Source: Alphaproteobacteria bacterium (GTDB lineage: Bacteria > Pseudomonadota > Alphaproteobacteria > Bin95). From it: 64,000 nt of DNA. Within the stretch, counting starts at the first letter, position 1. Each line of letters opens with the position of its first letter. The DNA lies in NCBI GenBank assembly GCA_965205265.1, contig CBDBGH010000003.1, positions 3,520,001 through 3,584,000 on the forward strand, read 5' to 3'. Shown piece by piece: positions 57,981 to 64,000 of this stretch. Below the pieces are notes generated by a model. The model was given only the letters and a program-made list of their open reading frames with translations. It was not told the DNA's origin and did not search any database. A program made the translations under genes and the position numbers.

Positions 57981-58650
57981 GGAGGTGGTTGCGCGCCTCG
58001 AGGCGGCCGGCTTCGCCTCCGGCCCCGACGGGCCGGCGGCGCCGACGCCGCCATTCTCTCAAGATGCCGCGTTCCGCGCGGCGCCGCCCCGGCGCAGCGA
58101 TTTCGACCTGCTGCCGGACGGCCGGCCCGCCTTCGCCAACGGGCGCGCGCTCAAGCCGGCGGGCGTGCTCGTGGCGCTGGTGGCGCGGGCGGAGGGCCCG
58201 ACGATCCTGCTGACGCAGCGCACCCACCACCTCAAGCACCACGCGGGCCAGATCGCCTTTCCCGGCGGCAGGCGGGAGCCGGGCGACGCCGACATCCTGG
58301 AAACGGCGCTCCGCGAGACCGAGGAGGAAGTCGGCCTGGACCGGCGCCTCGTCGAGGTGCTGGGCCAACTCGAGGTGTATGAGACCACCAGCGCCTATGC
58401 GGTGACGCCGGTGATCGGCTGGGTCGAGCCGCCCTTCGACCTCACCGTCGATCCCTTCGAGGTGGAGGAGGCCTTCGAGGTGCCGCTCGCCTTCGTGCTG
58501 GACCCGGCGAACCACAAGCGCGAGACCATGTTCCGCGACGGCCTCCAGCGGCATTACTATGTGCTGCCCTACGGGGACTACCGCATCTGGGGAGCGACCG
58601 CCGGCATGCTCGTCAACCTCCACGACACGCTCATGGGACCGCCATGCTGA
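57970..58650 (+). CDS. CoA pyrophosphatase (Nudix, NudL-like)
   Basis: LLTQR..HAGQIAFPGG, ALRETEEEVG, IWGATA. Confidence 0.92.
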   Translation: MTREEVVARLEAAGFASGPDGPAAPTPPFSQDAAFRAAPPRRSDFDLLPDGRPAFANGRALKPAGVLVALVARAEGPTILLTQRTHHLKHHAGQIAFPGGRREPGDADILETALRETEEEVGLDRRLVEVLGQLEVYETTSAYAVTPVIGWVEPPFDLTVDPFEVEEAFEVPLAFVLDPANHKRETMFRDGLQRHYYVLPYGDYRIWGATAGMLVNLHDTLMGPPC

Positions 58651-58907
58651 AGGTCGTTGTCCAGCTCCTGCTCGCCGCCTCGATCCCGCTGCTGCTCTAC
58701 ATGGCGTGGGTCGTCATCCGCGACGGGCGGCCCGCCCCCGGATGGCTGCGCGACGCGCCCTGGAACGCCATTCTCGTCTCCGGCTTCTGCCTGGTCGCGC
58801 TGCTGCTCGGCTACTGGGCGCTCACCGGCACCTCGGACCCGGAGGGCGCCTATACCCCGCCCCGGGTCGAGGACGGGAAGATCGTGCCCGGCAAGGTGGC
58901 GGAGTGA
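58644..58907 (+). CDS. Small membrane protein (DUF6111-like)
   Basis: Two TM helices, YTPPRVEDGKIVPG. Confidence 0.7.
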   Translation: MLKVVVQLLLAASIPLLLYMAWVVIRDGRPAPGWLRDAPWNAILVSGFCLVALLLGYWALTGTSDPEGAYTPPRVEDGKIVPGKVAE

Positions 58908-58952
58908 TACCGGCGGTCAGCGACCGGAACCGACGCCGATTGCCGCCGGGCC

Positions 58953-59136
58953 TCTCTTCCCCCGCTTGCGGGGGAGGCCGGGTGGGGGGCCGCTTGCGCG
59001 CCAGCGGAAGCGGCGGCGCCAACGCCGCCATTCGTAATGTTCGCCGCGTTCGGCGCGGCAGCGGGCAAAGCCCGGCGAAGACCCGTCACGTTGAGAGACC
59101 CTCCCCCGGCCCCTCCCGCCCGGCGGGAGGGGAGAC
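58953..59136. repeat. REP/REPIN-like palindromic unit enclosing a 55-bp double-hairpin core
   Basis: CCCCGCTTGCGGGG...CTCCCGCCCGGCGGGAG arms; core 59010-59064 also found at 43946-43996 and 62663-62715. Confidence 0.7.
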
Positions 59137-59180
59137 AAGGCCATGCCCCCGGGCATAAGGCCCGCACCTGGCGCCCCGCC

Positions 59181-60329
59181 ATGAGCGAATTCGCGCCGGC
59201 GGCGGACTGGATGCGCGATCCCGACATCGCGCGCATCGTGGGGGCGTTGGGCGATTGCCGTTTCGTCGGCGGGGCGGTGCGCGACGCGCTGGCCGGCCTG
59301 CTGACCCCCGACACCGATATCGACATCGCCACGCCGGAGGAGCCGCCCGAGGTCGTGCGGCGGCTGGAGGCGGCGGGCCTGAAGGTCCGGACCTACGGCA
59401 TGGACCACGGCGTCGTGCTGGCCGTCGGCAGGCGCCGCCACGCCGAGGTGGCCTCGCTGCGCCGCGATGTGGAGACCGACGGCCGGCGCGCCGTCGTCGC
59501 CTGGACGCGCGACTGGCGCGAGGACGCCGCCCGGCGCGATTTCACCGTGAACGCCATGTCGGCGAGCCCCGAGGGCCGGCTGTTCGACTATTTCGGCGGG
59601 CGCGCGGACCTCGCCGCGGGCCTCGTCCGCTTCGTCGGCGACCCGGAACGGCGCATCAGGGAAGACGTGCTGAGGGTGCTGCGCTTCTTCCGCTTCACCG
59701 CCCGCTTCGGGACCCTGCCCGGCCACCCCGCGAGCCTCGAAGCGGCGGTCCGGCTCGCGCCGCTGATGGAGTCGTTGTCCGGCGAGCGCCTGAGGGCGGA
59801 GGTGCTGGGCCTGCTCGCCGCGCCCGACCCCGCGCCGGCCGCAGCGCTGATGGCAGAGCGCGGCGTGTTCCGCCCGGTCCTGCCGGCGGCGGAGAGGACG
59901 GACCGCCTCGCGCGCACCGTCCAGGCCGAAACCCGGCTCGCCGTCGCGCCCGATCCGGTCCGCCGCCTCGCCGCCCTGCTCGCCCGCCCGGACCCCGGGC
60001 GCCTGCGCCTCAGCGCGGCCGAGTCGGAACGCCTGAAGGCGCTTGCCGAACCGAAACCGCTGGACCGCAGGACGCTCTACCGCGAGGGCCGGGCGCGCTT
60101 CCTCGACCGCCTGCTGCTCAAGGGCGGCGGCGAGGCGGGCGAGGCGCTGCTGGCCGAACCCCCGCCCCCGCCCTTCCCGCTCGCCGGCCGCGACCTGCGC
60201 GCCCGCGGCGTCCCCCCCGGCCCCGAACTCGGCCGCCTGCTCCGCGAACTCGAAGACTGGTGGATCGCCCAAGCCTTCCGCCCCGACCGGGACGCCTGCC
60301 TGGCGGAGCTGGACCGGCGGCTGGGGTGA
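59181..60329 (+). CDS. cca: CCA tRNA nucleotidyltransferase
   Basis: VGGAVRD, DIDIAT, DAARRDFTVNA, EDVLRVLRFFRF. Confidence 0.9.
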   Translation: MSEFAPAADWMRDPDIARIVGALGDCRFVGGAVRDALAGLLTPDTDIDIATPEEPPEVVRRLEAAGLKVRTYGMDHGVVLAVGRRRHAEVASLRRDVETDGRRAVVAWTRDWREDAARRDFTVNAMSASPEGRLFDYFGGRADLAAGLVRFVGDPERRIREDVLRVLRFFRFTARFGTLPGHPASLEAAVRLAPLMESLSGERLRAEVLGLLAAPDPAPAAALMAERGVFRPVLPAAERTDRLARTVQAETRLAVAPDPVRRLAALLARPDPGRLRLSAAESERLKALAEPKPLDRRTLYREGRARFLDRLLLKGGGEAGEALLAEPPPPPFPLAGRDLRARGVPPGPELGRLLRELEDWWIAQAFRPDRDACLAELDRRLG

Positions 60330-60497
60330 GGGTGCGAGTCGAGAGCCGCGTATCTTCCGGCCGGCACTCGGCCGCGGCCTGCGCATTGCGCAGCCGCCGG
60401 CAAGCGGCTTAGGATTGTCCGGGCTCTCCGCCATCTCTATCTTGAAGGCGGTATCGAGCCGCGCGGCATGTGGCCGAAATGTGGAGCGGCGAAACGC

Positions 60498-60992
60498 ATG
60501 AGCGAATTCATCGCCCAGAACCTTTGGGAAATACTGGGAATTGTCGCCGCGTCGGTCGGGGTGGCGTTCGCAATCGGCAATTGGGTCGGCGCGGTCAATG
60601 CGGACCGCAAATCTTTCAAGGCGTTCATGGCCGAGATACGGGAAAAGCTGGACAGGATACTGGAACGCCTGCCCCCGCCGGCGACCGTCCAAGCGGGTAG
60701 TCCGGTTCAATTGACCGGCTTCGGGGAAAAGATTTCGACCGGCCTCGCGGTGAAGGCATGGGCCGCCGGCGAAGCGCCCAAACTCACGGATCGGGCCTGC
60801 GGGAAACAGCCCTTTGAGATTTTCGAATTGTGCCTGGACCATGTGCAAAAGCAGTTCGCCGAGGATGAAGTCCTGCAAAGAACGATGCGCGCGGGGGCAT
60901 ACGAGCACGGCACGGAAGTGGAGCAGGTCCGAAAGGTCTATGAAGTGGAACTGCGCGACGAACTGCTGCGGCGCGTCGGGGAGAATGTTTAG
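60498..60992 (+). CDS. Hypothetical membrane-anchored protein
   Basis: N-terminal TM, coiled segment, SPVQLT.G motif; GGAG RBS. Confidence 0.6.
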   Translation: MSEFIAQNLWEILGIVAASVGVAFAIGNWVGAVNADRKSFKAFMAEIREKLDRILERLPPPATVQAGSPVQLTGFGEKISTGLAVKAWAAGEAPKLTDRACGKQPFEIFELCLDHVQKQFAEDEVLQRTMRAGAYEHGTEVEQVRKVYEVELRDELLRRVGENV

Positions 60993-61192
60993 CGCGGAAC
61001 CCGTTCCGATAGAACCGCATTCCGGTCCGAGTCCGGAATCGTCGCGCGGTCCTGAGCCGGGACCCCGCCGCGGGTACCGCCCAGTATGGAGATAATGTGA
61101 GCCTTTGCGTCCCCATGGTGATGACGGTGGGCGTAGGACTTGGCGCTACAGCAGGGACGACGAGACGAAGACTGCCGAGTGGGGCTGGATAA

Positions 61193-61918
61193 TTGAATCA
61201 GAAACGTAGGAGTTCCTCAAAAAAACGAAAGCAACGCAGGAGGGATCCCACGGCCATTGCTCGAATCGGTTCCTGGATTGAGAGAGCGCTCGTCAACGCG
61301 CAAAGAGCCGTGAATCTCGCTGGCAGATTGTCGCCTCCAGACCTGTGCGAATCCAACGATCTCTTCTGGGCCTTGGCAAAATATGCCGAGAACGTGCAGG
61401 AGTCGATCACACAATTGGACAATATCAACAAACAAATACTGGACCGTCTCATTGAAATACCCGTCAGCCCGGAGAGGGACGGAGATGCTACATGGACAGG
61501 CTTGAAGGGAATGCGCACTAAGCTGGCTCATGAATTCTGGAAGATCGATTCCAAAATACTTTGGGAAACAGTTACAGAGGAATTTCCCAAGCTCATTGCT
61601 TTGTTTCATGCAATCCGACTTGTACCGGAGCTTGTTGGCAAGGGGCAGCCACTCAATTTCGAGATTAGCGGGAGTGACTTGCTCTCGCTTCCTGTCTTGG
61701 ACGGACACGGTAAGCCTGTTCCTGGGCAAAGCATCCTCTTCTTGTGGTTTGACGAAGAACGAAATCCCGAGATACTTCGGATTGGTGTCAAGGGGGACAA
61801 GAAATTGGCCTTTTGGCCTTCAATTCCTGTTCATTTGGGGGGAATGTACAAGATCAATTACGGACCGGAAGGTGAAAAGGAATTAACTCAAGTCGGCCCG
61901 CCAATGGATATAGGTTAG
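61193..61918 (+). CDS. HEPN (HepT/DUF86-like) ribonuclease domain protein with C-terminal extension
   Basis: W..LKGMRTKLAHEF..ID..ILWETV: Rx4H motif in DUF86 context; AT-richer than its flanks. Confidence 0.7.
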   Translation: MNQKRRSSSKKRKQRRRDPTAIARIGSWIERALVNAQRAVNLAGRLSPPDLCESNDLFWALAKYAENVQESITQLDNINKQILDRLIEIPVSPERDGDATWTGLKGMRTKLAHEFWKIDSKILWETVTEEFPKLIALFHAIRLVPELVGKGQPLNFEISGSDLLSLPVLDGHGKPVPGQSILFLWFDEERNPEILRIGVKGDKKLAFWPSIPVHLGGMYKINYGPEGEKELTQVGPPMDIG

Positions 61919-62138
61919 ATCGTGATCCTTTCAGACTGAAACAGGCGGCGGCCCGGCCCGACTCATGGAAAAAGAGGCAATGTCCCAACGGCTTGCCGGA
62001 GCCGGGGCCGGACAACCGACCGTCCTACCGGGGAATGAAATAGCGGCCCTCGCTAAACCGTCCGGAGAAACCGGCGCTGAATTGGGCAGCCGATTCGCGT
62101 ATCTCTTGCTGGAATGGCGGCATGACGGGAGGCTGAAC

Positions 62139-62333
62139 ATGACCGGTCCGACAATCCGAAACCTGCCGGACGGCGCCGGACGGGCCCTTGAGGAGGCAAC
62201 CCGGCCCGAAGGCCGCGCCAGGCTGGGGTCATTGCTCGCCGAAGTCGGCCGCCATGCGGCGCTGACGGAGGAGGAATGGGCCGTTTTCGTCTCGCGGGAC
62301 AGGACGCCGGGGCGGCCGGTTTGCCTTGAATGA
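62139..62333 (+). pseudogene. Internally deleted FitA/StbC-like RHH antitoxin
   Basis: TIRNLPD..RAL joined directly to E..RPEGR..LGSLLAE.GR; usual GRS.EAE segment missing; no PIN toxin follows. Confidence 0.55.
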
Positions 62334-63065
62334 GGGCGGTGGAGCGGGCCTTTTCGTCACTCGACTGCAAATGGTTCGCTGAAATAAGAAATATTTCTTA
62401 GAAATAGCTTGACCTCGGAGCAGCCTGCCCCCAGATAGGGCGGGAGGACGCGGCATCCGGAGGTTGTGTCCCTTCGCGTCGGCGCCGGCGCGAAAAGGCC
62501 CCGATTCAGCCGACAGGTGAAGTGCGCCTTGCTCCCGGCTCGCGCGCGTGGGCGCATCCGGGCAATCAGGCGCGCGATTCGCGCCGCCGCGAAACGCGCG
62601 CGGACGGGCGCGGGGGCGCCGGCGCATATTACGCGCGAATAAGGGTCCCGCCGCTTCGGGGGGGCGGCGCCGACGCCGCCATCGGCAATGTTCGCCGCGT
62701 TCGGCGCGGCGGCGGAAGAAGGAACGGGGAGGAACGGAATGAAACCCGATGGAGGAACGACATGCGGGATTGTGGAGATGGAGCCGGGGCGGCGCAGCTC
62801 CCTGAACTCCTCGCCCCGCCAGGTTGAAAGGAGCCCTCCTGCAAGCGGGAGGGGAAGCCGATGGACGGGCAACCCTATGCAGAAAAGGACCGCAGGCTAT
62901 GCGCCCTGCGCATGCCGATCATGACATCGCATGACATGCCATGACGCGCCGCAGGGGCGGCCTCACCGGCGCAAGGGCGGAGCTCGTGCCGCGGGGTCCC
63001 GGAGCGGGTCCGGGGCAGGCTGCTGGGCAGCGTCCGGGATGGCGCCGGGAGAAGGGCGGCGGGCG

Positions 63066-63617
63066 CTATTCCCTCGGCGCGTATTTGGCGAGGATGCGCT
63101 GGAGGGTGCGGCGGTGCATGCGCAGGCGGCGCGCGGTCTCCGAGACATTGCGCCCGCACTGCTCGTAGATGCGCTGGATATGCTCCCAGCGCACGCGGTC
63201 GGGCGACATCGGCAGCTCCGGCGGTCCCGGCGGGTCCGCGCCCATATGCTTCAGCGCCGTCTCGATGGCGTCGGCGTCGGCCGGTTTCGGCAGGTAGTCG
63301 ATGGCGCCGACCTTCACCGCCGCCACCGCGGTCGCGATATTGCCGTAGCCGGTGAGGATGATCGCGCGGCTCTCGGGGCGCACGGCCTGCAGGTGCGAGA
63401 CCACATCGACGCCGCTGCCGTCGCCGAGCCGCAGATCGACCACGGCATAGTCGGGCGGGTCGATATCCACCGCCGCCTTGCCGTCCGCCACCGAGCCGGC
63501 CGTGCGCACGTCGAAGCCGCGCCGCTCCATCGCCCGCGCCAGGCGGTTCAGGAAGGGCGGGTCGTCATCGACCAGAAGGAGTGTGCCGGCGTCGCCGGAG
63601 CCTTGCTGTTCGTTCAT
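63066..63617 (-). CDS. regA: RegA/PrrA/ActR response regulator
   Basis: LLVDDD, LTGYGNIATAVAAVK, WEHIQRIYEQC.RNVSETARRL.MHRRTLQRILAK. Confidence 0.95.
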   Translation of the reverse strand: MNEQQGSGDAGTLLLVDDDPPFLNRLARAMERRGFDVRTAGSVADGKAAVDIDPPDYAVVDLRLGDGSGVDVVSHLQAVRPESRAIILTGYGNIATAVAAVKVGAIDYLPKPADADAIETALKHMGADPPGPPELPMSPDRVRWEHIQRIYEQCGRNVSETARRLRMHRRTLQRILAKYAPRE

Positions 63618-63620
63618 CGC

Positions 63621-64000
63621 TCAATCACCCCTTGTCTCGGGCTCCAGTATCACGCGCGGCCACAGAACCTCAACCTCCGCGCCGCCCTGGGGGCGGTTGA
63701 GGAAGGCGACCTCGGCGCCCGTGCGCTCCAGCAGCGTGCGCGCAATAAAGATGCCGAGGCCCATATGGCCGTCGCTGCCCCGCCTTGTGGAAAGATAGGG
63801 CTCGCCGAGGCGGCCCAGCAGCGCCACCGGGAAGCCGGGCCCGTCGTCGGAGATCGTCACCGCCACCCGCTCGGCGTCCCAGACGATGGCGGCGACCACG
63901 CGGCTGCGGGCGAATTGCAGCGCGTTGGAGAGGATGTTGCCGAGGCCGTTCACCAGTTCCGGGCGGCGCTCCAGGGCCGGCTCGGCCGTGTCGTCGCGCG
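63621..64000 (-). CDS. regB: RegB/PrrB/ActS sensor kinase, C-terminal part
   Basis: GLGNILSNA, DDGPGF, GEPYLS, GLGIFIARTLLERTGA; adjacent to regA. Confidence 0.88.
   Translation of the reverse strand, partial: RDDTAEPALERRPELVNGLGNILSNALQFARSRVVAAIVWDAERVAVTISDDGPGFPVALLGRLGEPYLSTRRGSDGHMGLGIFIARTLLERTGAEVAFLNRPQGGAEVEVLWPRVILEPETRGD

Noticed and set aside
50712-60329. MoxR-DUF58-BatA/DUF4159 cluster with DUF1285-Nudix-cca as a novel system
   Set aside because: This is a familiar conserved alphaproteobacterial chromosomal arrangement with nothing unusual here.

Overview
High-GC alphaproteobacterial window; the lineage is inferred from the rRNA operon, RegA/RegB and the MoxR/DUF58/DUF4159 cluster. 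(1) 1-12.6 kb holds RTX genes, a lipoprotein metalloprotease and nested mobile elements: IS66 interrupted by an RmInt1-like group II intron, itself interrupted by IS21, then an IS66-DUF4338 element interrupted by another IS66. (2) 12,665-40,395 is a ~27.7-kb island integrated at the 3' end of the rrn-linked tRNA-fMet and bounded by a 14-bp direct repeat. Its att site lies inside the 3' end of its own large serine recombinase gene, so integration or excision swaps the enzyme's C-terminal tail. The reconstructed attP has a perfect 18-bp inverted repeat. Cargo includes a SWIM-SNF2 helicase, an RHH + m6A MTase + m4C MTase + PLD nuclease operon, a DUF2493/ssb/five-zinc-finger module, a BrnT-Xre TA pair, and many IS and gene relics. 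(3) 40.4-46 kb is a minus-strand rRNA operon with a ~145-nt intervening sequence in 23S. (4) 46-64 kb is mostly housekeeping genes, plus a small AT-richer islet with an orphan HEPN gene and a dispersed double-hairpin REP-like repeat. Family calls come from motif recognition only; no searches were run.
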